DNA from: Scenedesmus sp. PABB004
Taxonomy: Eukaryota
Direction: 5' to 3'
Assembly (NCBI GenBank): GCA_014905635.1
Contig: JABVCE010000013.1
Span: 868,001 to 932,000, forward strand
DNA length: 64,000 nt
The translations under genes were made by a program, and so were the position numbers. Positions 48,296 to 60,000 of this stretch are shown here, one piece after another; position 1 is the stretch's first letter, and each line of letters opens with the position of its first letter. The notes beneath the pieces are model-generated. The model worked only from the letters and a program-made list of their open reading frames with translations. It was not told the origin of the DNA and did no database searches.

Positions 48296-48856
48296 GCCCG
48301 AGCCCACGGCGGCGGCGGGTGGGGACCGCGGCGCGCAGCGTGTTGCGCTGCCATCACGCATGCGGCCTCGTTACTCTCATCATGCAGGGGCGCGGCCTGC
48401 GCCCCCTCCCTGCCTTGCCGCCGGCATATGCACGCGGCGGCGGCGGCTGCAACGTGCTCATGCAGCTGGAGTTGCCCGGCGCCGGGCAACTGGGACGGCC
48501 CGCAGCGCGCGCCGGCGCGCGCTGCGGGCCGTCAGCCCCCCAGCGCGACGCGGCCAAAATGGGTCGAGCCGGCGCGCCACGCGGCTGTAACCGTCAGGGG
48601 CGCCGCACAGCCGGTCATCGTCGGTCGTCAGCGTGCGGTGTCGCGCGCGCGGTGCCAGTCCGCCGCGCGTTGTTGTGACAAAAACGTGCGTGCCGCCGCG
48701 CGGCGGAAGCGATGCAAGTGCCCTCTGGTCAAAGCGATGCGTTGCGTGTCATCAGTGCCGCCGCCGTCGCCAGCTCGGTTCCGTCAGAAAAAAAGCCCCG
48801 GCGTGCCGCTCACCGCGTCGCGCTGCCCCCCACGTGCGGTCGTGCGTTGCCCTCCC

Positions 48857-51820
48857 TCAGCGCCCCAGGCGCTGCCTCTTGAAGCCCTGCCTCACGCAGT
48901 CTGGGTAGGTCAGCGGCGCGACGGTGAGCCCCGCGAGCGCGCCTGCGGGCGGGCGGGCGGCACCGAGTCAGTCGCCGCCGCCGCGCGCCCGTCGCGGGCA
49001 CGCCCGGCCCGGCGCTGCCCCGCGGCGGAGGGCCACCGCGCTGCGCAGCATGCGCTGCGCACTCACCGGTGAAGCCCGCATTATAGTCGACCGCGACCTC
49101 GTTGCTCATCGCGTCAGTTCGGTCGTCCCTGTAGACGTCGCTCGGGTCTGGGCCCCCCACCAGCGCGCCCGTGATCGTGCGCGGGTTTGGCCCGGGCAGG
49201 GTAAAGGCCCGATAGTCGCAGGGCGCGGGCGGGTCGGGGCACGACGCCGCGCGGTGGTGCACGCGGCGCGGCGGGTCGGTGCCGTAGCCGACGACGAACG
49301 ACCGCCCCGCGTCGCCGAGGGCGTAGCGGATCTGACCGTGAGCGAAGCAGACCGCGCGGTCGCGGCGCGGCGCGTCCAGGCGCGTCGCGTGGATCAGCAT
49401 GAGGAGCGCGGCGTTGGCCGCGTGCCGAAGGCTGCCCCAACCATTGTCTGCAACAAACCAGGCGAAGCCCTTCGGACTGAAGACCCAGCTCTCGGTGCCC
49501 TTGTAGGCCGTCAGCGTCTGGCGGCGCGGCGGCGGGCGCGCGCGGGCGTTTGACCGGGCGGTTTGACCGGTTTCGGGGCCGCAACGCGGCCAGCGCAGCC
49601 ACAGCGCGGCGCGGCGCGCGCGCCAGGGGCGCGCGTCACCTCGAAGAGCGCGCCGATGTGCTCCGCGTAGGCCGCGTCCGGCAGCCGGCGCGAGAGCAGC
49701 AGCGCCGTCGCGGCCGCCGTGGTGTCCCAGTAGTGGCCGAGGCGGTACTTTGCAAACGCCGCGGCCTCGAGGCTGCGGTGCGCCGCGTAGTGCCGCGCGG
49801 CGTCGGCCAGGTAGGCGGGCGCGCCGGTCGCGGCGTACAGCCAGGCGGCGGCCCAGGCGAGGTCGTCGTAGAAGCTATGGCTCGGATAGAACTGGGCCGC
49901 GTCGGTCGAGCAGTTGACCCAGTAGAGGCCTTTGAAGGTGGACGCAAACCTGCGGGCGCGGCGGGCAGCGGCGCGGCGGTGGCGCCCGTGCGCGCGCGTG
50001 TCTGGGGTCGAGGGGAGGGGGGATCCCAAGCCTGCCCGCCCAAGTTGCTCGGAGCCCGCGCCGCTGGCGCCGCCGCTCACGTGTACATGCGCTGCGCCGA
50101 TTTCAGGCACCGCGCCGCGTAGCTCGGCTGTCCCCCGCCGCTGGCACTGGTGGCGGCAGCTGCGCCGCCGCTGCTGCCGCCGCCCTGGCTGCTGCCGCCG
50201 CCGCCACCCGAGCTGCTGCCGCCGCTCGCCTGTGAGCTGCCAGCGCTCGGCGCCGGCGAGCTCGGCGCCGGCGAGCTCGGCGCCGGCGACCTCGAGCTCG
50301 GCGCCGCCTGCGCGCCCCTGCTGGCCGCCGCGAGCGAGGCGCTGCCCGCCTGCGCGCTGCTGGCGTTGCCGCCCTGCAGCAGGCGCCGCGCCGCCGCGCC
50401 GCCGCCCTCCTCCGCAGCCGCCATCGCCATGAGGGTGCTGTTGCCAAAGACCATCGACGCCGCCGCGAGCGCCGCGGCCATCGCGCCCGCGACGTCCGAC
50501 CCCGGCGCGCCCGGGCCGCACACCGCCACCGGCCGCGGGTCGGTGATGTCCTCGGGCCGCCTGCGCCGCGCCGCAAACGGGGCGAGCGCGTGCGCATGCT
50601 CGGCTGCCCGCCGCGCCGCCCGCTCGCCGCCCGCGCCGCGCCGCCCGCCGCGCGCCACGCCGCCCAGGCCGCCGGCGCGCCGCGCCGCCCCGGCCGCCGC
50701 CGCCGCGCGGCGCCCGCACCTCCAGAACGCGTGGTCGGCCTTGCCCAGCCCCACCTGCGCTGCGACCTGGTTGGGCCCGAGGTCGCACTTGAGCAGATAG
50801 TCAGTACCCCATTTTAGCGTGGCCACCGCGTGGCCCAGCTCCCCCGCGCGGCGATAGCCCTGCACGCAGCGCAGCGGGCGGCGGCGGGCGGCGTCTGCGC
50901 CGGCGCGGCGCTGCGCGGCAGCTGTGTGACGCGCGGCGCCCCGGCGGCGCGCAGCGTCAATCAGCGCGCGCGCCTCTGCAAACTCCAGGATGCTCCACGC
51001 TATGTTAGTCAGCGCGAACGCCTGCGGGAGGTTGAACTTGACGTAGTCCCCTGGGGGGGGGGGGGGCGCGCGGGGGCGGCGCTGGCGGGGACCAGGGGAG
51101 GGCAGCTGCGCCGGGGTGCGCAGCAGGCGGGGGGCCGCACGCGCTACCTGCGTCGAAATACCCGCCGACGAGGTCCTGCCCCCGGGCGCGCGGTCGGCGA
51201 GCGCCGCGCTGCGCCGCCAGGCCACGCGCTGGTTGGGCGGCAGGAAGCCGCTGCGCTGGGCCTCGTAGAAGAGGAGCGACAGCCCCAGCACCTCGCCGTA
51301 GTCAAAGTCGCCGGACGGCGTGAAGCGCGCGGGGATATCGTCGACCGCCGCGAGCCGCCGAGCGGCGGCGCCTGCGCACACCGTTGCGGCGGCCGGTGAG
51401 GGCGGCGGCGGGCGGCGAGCGCGGCGGTCAGCGGCGGTTGCGGCGGCGGCGGCGGCGGGGGAAAGAGCGTGCCCTCGCGCAGGCGCGGCGGCGGGTGAGA
51501 AGCAGCGGCGTTTGGCGTCACTCGCGGCCGGCGCCGCCACGCGGCGGTCTGGCGACGAGCTGTCAAGCTGCGCTCCACTGAGACCGGGCCGGTCAATTGC
51601 GGCCGGGGCGGCCAGGGCGGGGAGCCAGCCGCGGGCTGGCTCGCGATTGCGCACCAGGGCGCTGCAGCCAGCACCTCGCGCGCGCAGCCACCGGCGCGCG
51701 CGCCGGCGTGTTTGTGTCACACATGCACCACCTCACGCGCGCACCTGCATGAGGCGTGAAGCCGAGCAGCGCGACGAGCAGCGCTGCCGCCGCCCGCGCC
51801 GGCGCGAGCGCTCTCAGCAT
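48857..51820 (-). CDS. Secreted glycoside hydrolase family 9 endoglucanase, 7 introns
   Basis: Signal peptide, SLLFYEAQRSG, DLVGGYFDAGDYVKF, KWGTDYLLK, YDDLAWAAAWLY, HHRAASC, GALVGGP and NEVAVDYNAGF. There is an apparent 1-nt frameshift in a homopolymer at 51179-51183. Confidence 0.93.
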
Positions 51821-52009
51821 GTTTCCATTCGCGCGCGCTGGCGCGCGTCGAGTTCGCGAGGACTGGAGCCGGACGGGCAAGCTGGAGCCTGTTCCCGGGC
51901 GCCGCGCGCCGCGCGCCGCGCGCCGCGCGCCCGCAAAGCCCTGGGCGCTGCGCCCGCCGCCAAACGGCCAACTCGCCGCCGGAGCCGCGACGCACACACA
52001 AGCGCAGCC

Positions 52010-52378
52010 TCACTGCTCGCCCCAGCCCGCCTGCAGCAGCAGCTCGGGCACCTCGGCGCCGGAGCCGTCGCCGAGCCCAGGCGCAGGCGCGGGCTCCGGG
52101 GCCGCCGCGCCGCCGCTGCCGCTGCCGCTGCCGCCGCCGCCGCCGCCGCCGCCGCCGTCGCCGCTGCCGCTCGCGCCGGCGATGGTGGGCCCCGCGGCGC
52201 CCACGGCCGCCGGCATCGCCGCCGCCAGCCCCGGGTTCGCCGCCGCCACCTCGGCGGGCGTGCCGCCCGCCGGCCGCTCGCCGACGACGTCGGCGCGCGT
52301 CCGCGGCGGCAGCAGGCCGGGGCTGAATGCCAGGTCGGCCTCCGCGCCGCGCGCGACGCCCCGCTGCGGGCTGGTCAT
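52010..52378 (-). CDS. Possible small Gly/Ala-rich hypothetical protein
   Basis: MTSPQRGVARGAEADLAFSPG...LLLQAGWGEQ* with coding-like codon usage. No homology was recognised. Confidence 0.35.
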   Translation of the reverse strand: MTSPQRGVARGAEADLAFSPGLLPPRTRADVVGERPAGGTPAEVAAANPGLAAAMPAAVGAAGPTIAGASGSGDGGGGGGGGGSGSGSGGAAAPEPAPAPGLGDGSGAEVPELLLQAGWGEQ

Positions 52379-52700
52379 CGCCGCCGGCCGCGTGGCGTCG
52401 CCGGGGCGGGAGCGGCCTGGAGTGGTGGCGGCGGCGCGGGTGCTGCTGCGAGCTGGGGGCCTCGGCCGCGCCGGTGCACCGGCGGCGCCCCCGTGCCGAT
52501 GCGGTGCAGGGCGGCGGTGCAAGGCCGCAAGCCGCGGTCGCCCCTCCAGTCTTCCCCGCGCGCTCACAGCGCTCCGCGAGCAACGCAGCGACGCAGCGGC
52601 GGGACACCGCGTCGCGTGCGCGGCGGCGACCGGCGGAGGCCATCAACGCCTGCTGCCGCCGCTGCCGCTGCTCTCCTGCTGCCTTCCGCCTGCTGGCCCC

Positions 52701-55700
52701 ATGGCGCCGGTGCGGCGCGCTCCGGCCGGCTGCGATTGAGGAAGCGGCGGCGCGCCCTGGCTGCGCCCTGAGCTGCCGGCCGCCGCTCCGCTGCTGCCGG
52801 CACCCGCAGTCGGCCGCCGCCGTCCGGGGCGGCGACGGCGACGGCGGCTGCTTCGTGACCTTCCTGCCCGGCGACAACCAGGACCTCGCAAGCGCGTCGA
52901 CGCAGGCGACGGTGGAGCTGATGTCGGCGGACCTGTCGCAGCTGCTCCGCCTGCCGCCGGCGGCGTTCTGGCACGTCGTCCTCGCCGACGCGTCGCTGCA
53001 CGCCTGCCTGGACTCCTTCCTGCGCTTCCGCAGGCGCGCGCGGGGCGGCCGCGCGGCGCAAGCGCGCGCGGGGTGCCTGCAGCGCGTGCACGCCGCGGAC
53101 GCAGCCGCGGCGCCGACCTCCCTCCCCGGCGCAGGCGGTGCTACGACGACGACGGCGACGCGCAGGGCGCGGTGCAGGGCTCGTCGGACGTGCTGCTGCA
53201 GCTGTCGCAGCGCGTGTTCAAAGTCTTCTGGCGCATGTGCGCGCGGCGCGGGGCCAGCAGCCCGACCGCCCCTGCAGCGCCGCTCGCCCGCCGACGCGCG
53301 CCCCGCGCGCGCCTCGCTCGCGCAGGGCGCACCCGCAGGAGCTCACGGACGCCGCGCCGCGGCAGCCGCCCGCCGCTGGCGGGCGCGGCGGCGGGCGCGG
53401 CGGGCGCGGCGGTGGCGGCCGGGCCGGCGCAGCACCTGCGGGCGCGCTGCAGCCGGGCGATGCGGCGGCCGCGCTGTACGATCGCTGGCTGGTGGACGTG
53501 CCGAAGCTCATGGACCTGGCCGTGCTCTATGGCCCCGGCAACCCGGAGCTCACGCGCCAGCTGCTGCAGCAGGTGCTGCGCCTGCAGCCGCGCTACGCCC
53601 AGGTGCGGCGGGGAGGTGTGCTCGGCGGCGGTCCCGCCGCGGCGCCCTCGCGCACGGCGCGGCGCGGCGCGCGCTCACGCGCCTGCGGCGTCCGTCCGTC
53701 CGTCCCGGGCGGCCGGGCAGGACGTGGTGCGCCTCGCCGAGCCGCTGAGCGGCAACCTGCACGAGCTGGCGTTGAGCGTGAAGCGCCTGGCCAACCGCGC
53801 GCTCGCGGGCGCCAGCGCGGGCGACGGCGCCGGCGCGCCGCTGCTCGCGGAGCTCTCCGGTGCGCGGCACGGCCGCGCGGCGGCGCGCCCGCGTCGAACA
53901 TGCGGACGGCCGCGCCGCCGCCGCGTGCGGCCCGCCGCCGCCGCCTTCTCTGCCGCCGACCCGCCGCTGCGCCGACGCCGGTCCCACCACTGCAGAGTCG
54001 GTGCGTTACTTCACGGACGCGTTCCTGACGCTGCAGGCCCTGGCCGACTGCCTGCCCGAGGCCGCCGCGCTGCTGCTGGCGCCGGTGCACCACGGCGCGC
54101 TGCTGCTCGCGCTCGCCGTCGTGCACGGCGGCGTGCTGCCGCTGCTCGCGCGCGTCGCGGCGCAGCCGCAGGCCGCGGCGCACCCGGCGCTCGCGCCGGG
54201 CCGCGTGCGGCGGCTGCAGGTCGCGCTCGAGCGCCTGGTCTTCTGCCTCCTGCGCGCGGCGTTCTGCACCCCCGAAGGCGCCAGCGCGGCTGCCGCTGCC
54301 GCCGCTGCAGCTGCGGCCGCGGCGGGCGCGGGCGCCGAGGCGCGCCGCGCCGGGCGCGGCCCGCGGCGGCGCCGGCGGACGGCGGCGGCTTCAGCGCTGA
54401 GCTGCAGGGCCAGGAGCTGATGAACCTGCTCATGCTGCTGGCGCACCCCTCGGACCACACAGCTGCTGGCGGCGACGGCGGCGGCGGCGGCGCGCCGCAC
54501 CAGCAGGCGGGCCTGCTGACGGCGCTGAATCACGCGCACCACCTGGACGTCGCAGTGGCGGGCGCCGCGGAGCTGGTGCGCAGCGCGCGGGTCATTGCAG
54601 CGCCTCCGCGCTCGTCGCTGCGGCGCCTGCGCCTTGACCGCCCGCCCGCCCGCCCGCGCGCGCGCAGGGCCTGCTGTCGCTGGACGACGCCCAGTTTGAT
54701 TACATGCTGGCGCTGCTGGACGGCGACCGCGAGCTGCTGCAGCGCCGCCAGCAGCAGCAGGTGCAGCAGCAGCAGCAGCAGCAGCCGCAGCCGGGCGGGG
54801 CAGCTGGCGCCGTCGCCGCCGCCGCCGCCGGCGCCGCGCAGACGGCGCCGCCGCCTCTGGGCGAGCTCGCGGCGCAGCTGGCCGCCATCCGCGAGCTGCT
54901 GCCTGACTTTGGCGACGGCTACCTCACCGCCGCGCTCTTCCACTGCGGCTGGAGCACCGAGGCGGCGATCAACTGCCTGCTCGAGGGCGCCCTGCCCGCG
55001 GGGCTGCGCGGCCTCGAGCCGGGGCTCAAGTCCTGGACGCCGCCGGCCGCGGGCGCCGGCGGCGACGGCGGGCAGGCGGGGGCGCTGTCGTGGACAGGCC
55101 TCGCGCGCGAGGCGGCGTCCGCCGCGCCGCCGCGCGGCGCCGCCGACGTGCCGCTGCCGAGCGCCGCGGCCGCGGCGGCGGCGGCGGCGGGCGGCGGGCC
55201 GCGCCCGGCCGTCGACCGGCGCACGGGGCGCGTGCTCGGCGCGCTGCCGGCCGCTCTGCGCTCGGCGACCAAGAGCATCGCGGCGGAGATGCAGTTTGAG
55301 TATGACGACGAATATGACGACTCCTTTGACGACCTGGTCGGCCCCGGCGCCGACGGCGTGTGCGACATCGAGGTCGAGGACAGCGGCGCGGCGGCGGCCG
55401 CGCGCGGCGGCGGCGCGGGGCCGAGCGGCGGCGGCGCCGGCGGCGCGGGCCCGGGCGGCGCGGGCCCGAGCGGCGGCGCCGGCGCGGGTGCGCGCGGCGG
55501 CCGGCGGCCCGCGGCGGACCGGCTGTGGGTGGCGGACGGCAAGGTCTATAACTACAAGCGCGCGGGCGCGCAGGAGGTCGCCGGCCAGGCGGGCGCGGCG
55601 GCGGCGCTCGCGGCGGCGCGCGCGGCGGCGGCGCAGATCCACGGGCTCGGCCCCGGCGGCAACGTGCCGCCGCCCGCGGCGCCGCCGCCGGGGCAGGGCC

Positions 55701-55969
55701 GCGGTGGCGGCGGCGGCGGCGCAGCGGCGCCCGGCCCGCCGCCCGGCGACGGCGGCGGCGGCGGCCGGGGGCGCGGCGGCGCGCCGGGCCGCGGCGGCGG
55801 CGGCGGCGAGCCGGGCGGCGCGCCGCCCGGCGAGGACGGCGGCGGCGGCGGGCGCGGCCGCGGGCGCGGGCGGGGCGGCTACGCGCACAAGGAGGCGCAC
55901 AAGGGCGCCATTGGCAACCACCACCGCAAGGACCGCGCCACGGCCAAGGCGGCGCGGGGCATGTTCTGA
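52701..55969 (+). CDS. ASCC2: Activating signal cointegrator 1 complex subunit 2 (CUE-domain protein)
   Basis: SLHACLDSFLRFR, LVDVPKLMDLAVLYGPGN, a CUE domain (IRELLPDFGDGYL...AAINCLLEG), EYDDEYDDSFD and the C-terminal NHHRKDRATAKAARGMF. Confidence 0.9.
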
Positions 55970-56096
55970 CCGGCCGGACCGGGCACTGGGTGTAACCGCG
56001 GTCGCCCGCCACGCCCGCCGGCCTGCGCAACAGTCAACCTCGCCGCCGCGCACGGCCGCCAGCCGGCCGGCCGCCGGCCGGCCGCCGGCCCCGCGC

Positions 56097-56942
56097 TCAC
56101 GCCGCGCCGCCCGCGCCGCGGCCGTCGTCGCCGGGCGGCGGCAGGCCCTCCGCCTCGCGCACGCGCCGCGCCGCGTCGGCATAGCCGGCCGCCTTGCGGG
56201 CCACCATGCCGTCGTCAGCCGTCCCGCCGGCGGTGTCGATCTCGCCCGCGCGCCGCGTGTCGGTGTTGAGGTTGGCGTCCGGCGCCTGCTCGCCCCACGC
56301 GGCGCGGCCGTCCGCGTCCGACACGGGGGAGTCGTCGGGGCGCGGCGCGCCGTGCCCCGCGGCCGTGTCGGCGCCGCCGCCCGCCGCGGCCTGCACGGCG
56401 GCGCCGAGCGCCGACGCCGCGCCGGCGGCCGCCCGCGCAGCGGCGCCCGCGGCGCCGGCGGCCTTCTCTGCCAGCCGGCCGGCGATGTGGGGCGCGTGCG
56501 CCGCGAACGAGCCGCCCACGCCGGGGCCGCGGCTCTCGTCGGAATAGCTGCTGCGGCGACGGCAGACGGTTGTGGCTGCCGCGGCGCGGCACGCGCGCAC
56601 GAGCGCCGCCGCCCGCGCGCGCGCGGCGCACCTGCCGGCCATGGCCTGGTCCGCCTGCCACGGCGCGCGGCGCAGCGCCTCGTCCGGGTCGGCGCCCCTG
56701 TTGGCGGCCGCGGCCGCCGGGTCGGCCGGCGCGTCGGGGCTGCGCGCCGGCCCGCTCTCGACGTTGGCCTCCCCCGCCGCCGCAGCCTGCTGCACGCTGC
56801 GGCTCCGGGGCCCCGGGCCCGGGCCGGCGGGCCGCTCGCCGCGGTCGCCGCCCGCGCTGAGGCCGCGCCGCGCAGCGGCGGCGGCGGCGGCGGGCGCGCG
56901 CCGCGCGGGCGCGGTGCCGGCGCGCAGGAAGAGCGGCAGCAT
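56097..56942 (-). CDS. Hypothetical hydrophilic protein with a mitochondrial-presequence-like N-terminus
   Basis: MLPLFLRAG...ARRGLSAGG start, a probable in-frame intron at about 56553-56631 and an Ala/Asp/Gly-rich body. Confidence 0.55.
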   Translation of the reverse strand: MLPLFLRAGTAPARRAPAAAAAAARRGLSAGGDRGERPAGPGPGPRSRSVQQAAAAGEANVESGPARSPDAPADPAAAAANRGADPDEALRRAPWQADQAMAGRCAARARAAALVRACRAAAATTVCRRRSSYSDESRGPGVGGSFAAHAPHIAGRLAEKAAGAAGAAARAAAGAASALGAAVQAAAGGGADTAAGHGAPRPDDSPVSDADGRAAWGEQAPDANLNTDTRRAGEIDTAGGTADDGMVARKAAGYADAARRVREAEGLPPPGDDGRGAGGAA

Positions 56943-57759
56943 CGTGGCAGGCACAACGGCGAGGGCGGGGGAGTGGCGAGCGAGGCGGCGCGGCGCGCTG
57001 GGAGCGGTCGGGCGCGCGGCCGGCCGTCACGCGCAGCGCGCGCACAACAGTCGCGAGGCGACGTCGGATCGCGCGTGCAGTAGCTCGTGCCCCCCTCTGC
57101 CTGCGGCGGGTGCGGGACCGAGCGGGCGCGTTGCCGCCGCCGGCGCCGGCCGCCGGCGACGTCGCGTGCGCCGCGCCGGCCCTGGCCGCCCTGGCCTGCT
57201 GCGCGTGTCGACGACGTGACCCCGCTCTATCTAGCATGATGGCGTGCCAGCAGCGACCGCGGTCGGAGAACGGCGGCTCGAGGTCGTGGGCACCGCTGGC
57301 ACGACTCCCGGCGCTGCGCGGCCTCCCCGCGCCCCGAGCGCCTGCTCTCCACATCACCACTCCACACGCCCCCTCTCCGGCGCCAGGCAGGCGGCCGGAA
57401 CGCCCTGCGCGCGAGCAGCAGGCAGCGGCAGCCGCGCGCCAGCGCCCCGCCCCACCCCACCCAGGCCTCGCCAGCCGCCCACGCCACCCTCACAGGCTGT
57501 GCCCCCACCCGGCCAGCCCCACGCGCCACCCCCCGAGCTCCCACGCGCGCCGGTCACCGGGAAGGGCGCTTCCCCGCTTCGCGGCCGGCAGAAGCGCAGC
57601 CGGAGGCCCCTCGCCGCCCGCGCGCGCGCCTGGCAGCTCACTTACATTACGTCCCACCCTCTCGACCATCGCGCCGCGCCCCCCTCGCCCCGCATCGTCG
57701 AGAAGCCGGTGCCCCCCCGGACGGCGGCACCGCGCGCGCCGCGCCCTGCGCAGTGCGTC

Positions 57760-60000
57760 ATGGCCAGCGGTCGTTCGCGGCTCTCCTGCTGCTTCGCGGC
57801 CCCCAGAGGTGCGTGCGCCCGGTGGCGCCCGGTGGCGCTGCGGGCGGGTGCGCCCGGCCGCTGCGGTGCGCCATCGGGCCCGCCGCGGCGCGGTGTGACG
57901 AGGGGGGATGTCGACGGCACCGCTGGGCGCGCGCCCCGCCCGCGGCGCGGCCCGGAGCGGCGGGGGCGCCGGCAGATGCGCGCCAGCCTGCCCCCGCCCC
58001 AATCGCCGCGCCCCGGCGCCGTGGGCCCGCCCGCGCCCGCGTGGGGCCTGCTCGCTGCCCCTCGCCCCTGACGCGACCGCCGCCGCGCCGCCGCAGTCGA
58101 GGAGGAGCCCGCCGCCGCCGTGGCGCCGGCGCCCGCGGGCGAGCACAAGCAGCTGACCTGCAAGACCTCGGTGGTCACGGCCCACGCCAAGGCCCTCTCC
58201 GCCGCCGACGCGACCGCCGACTTCGGCATGGGCGACGGCAAGGCCGGCTCGCCGCGCGTCGCGGGCCGCAAGTCGGAGCAGCAGCCGCTCGCGCAGCAGC
58301 CGTCGCTGGGCCTGCAGGACATGCCTAGCATCAAACCCCTCACCGCGATGACGCTCAACCGCACCTACACCGGTGCGGCGCGCCGCGCAGCCGGCGGCGC
58401 GGCCAGCGCGGGGCGCGCGCCCGCCGCCGCGCCGCGCCGCGCCGCGCCGGGCCGCGCGGGCCGCCAGCAACCGCCGCCAACCGCCCGGCACGCGCGTCGC
58501 CGCGCCGGCGCGCCGCCGCCGCGTCGGCGCAGACGACGACTGGTTTGCGGCCATGGCCGCGCTGGACCGCGTTAAGAAGATCCAGCAGGCCCGCGCGCTG
58601 GCGGCGCTGCGCGCGGCGCACCCGCACCGCGGCCCCGGCGCCGCGGGCGGCGGCGCGGGCGGCCCCGCCGGCGGCGGCGACGACGACACCGAGGCGTGGT
58701 ACGACGCGCGGAGCCACACCATGAGCGACAGCAGCGTCGCGTTCATCAGCGACGCGGAGCGCGAGGAGGTGGCGCGGCTCGCGCACGAGCTCGAGGCGCA
58801 GGAGCACGCGCAGCAGCAGCTCACCGTGTCGCTCTCGGTCAAGCGCGAGCTCGCGGCGCCCACGCCCGCGTGCGTGCCCGACCCGCCGCTGCTGTTTGCG
58901 GAGAAGCACTGGCGCTACTGCGAGGCACGGCGCCGCATGCGGGGCGCGTGGGGCGCCAGCGCGCTGCGGCTGCGCGCCGCGCGGCGGCGCGCCCACCCGT
59001 CGCCGCGCCGTAACTCTCACCCCCCGCCGCGCCGGCGCCGCGCCGCGCCGCGCGCCGCAGGTCGACCTGAAGCCCTTTTGCTTCTACTGGGAGCGCGACC
59101 CCGTGCGCAGCAGCCCCTTCCCGCTGCCCATCGACCTGCAGATGAACCTCAACAGCCTCTTCCAAAAGACACACCAGTCCATCCCGGGCATGTGGGTGAG
59201 TGCCACCCCGCGCCGAGCGCCGCCGAGCGCCGCCGCCGAGCGCCGGCGCGGCGGGCGACGGGGGCGCGCGCGCCGCGGGCGCGCGCAGACCGCGCTGACC
59301 GCGGCGCCGCCGCGCCGCGCGCAGCTGCGCGACGTGGGCAACCAGCTGCTGCTGCACGCGCAGCCGACCATCATGGCCATCCCGGGTGCGGCCCGCCGCG
59401 CCGCGCCACGCGCTGCTTCCCCGCCTCTCCGCCCGCGCCCGCGGCCCCCAGAGCTCAGGCTCCATCTCGGGTGCGACCCGCAAAGAAAAACACTCAGCAC
59501 ACACTCAACACACACGCACACCCTGTCGCACCGCAGGCATCGTGAACTACACCGAGTACTACAACAAGGACCAGAGCCCCGAGTCGTGGACGCTGCGGCG
59601 CGACATCAAGGTCGGGAAGACGACCGGCCAGATGTTCATGACGACCGACGGCCTCCTCATCTTCCGGTGAGCCCCGGCCCGCCCGGCGTGCGCCGCCGCC
59701 CGCGCGGCGCATTGAGCGCGCCGTCGCCCGCGCCGCCGCCGACGCGCCGCGGCCGACACGCTGCTGCCGCTGCCGCCGCCGCCGCCGCCGCCGCTCGCGC
59801 CGCCGTGCAGCGTGTTCACGTCTGGCGTGTTCAGCAAGGCGATCGAGTGGATCGGCGAGGACTACATCCGCCTCGAGGACGGCGGCGAGACGATCGTGAC
59901 GCGCCAGCTGTGCAAGCTGTTCAGCGACAACTCCACGTGCAGCCAGTTCCTCATCGGCCGCAAGATCGGCGACGCGCCGCCGGGGCGCAAGGCGCACTGA
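57760..60000 (+). CDS. Uncharacterised protein, 6 introns, with a globular C-terminal domain
   Basis: A consistent exon chain: MASGRSRLSCCFAAPR|VEEE..., DDDWFAAM..., VDLKPFCFYWERD..., YTEYY...WTLRRDIKVGKTTGQMF..., IEWIGEDYIRLEDGGETIVTRQ...*. Confidence 0.75.

Noticed and set aside
1357..59060. GC-AG introns as copies of an Introner-type mobile element
   Set aside because: I could see no shared internal sequence or terminal inverted repeats beyond generic GC microrepeats. An all-vs-all intron alignment would be needed to exclude it fully.
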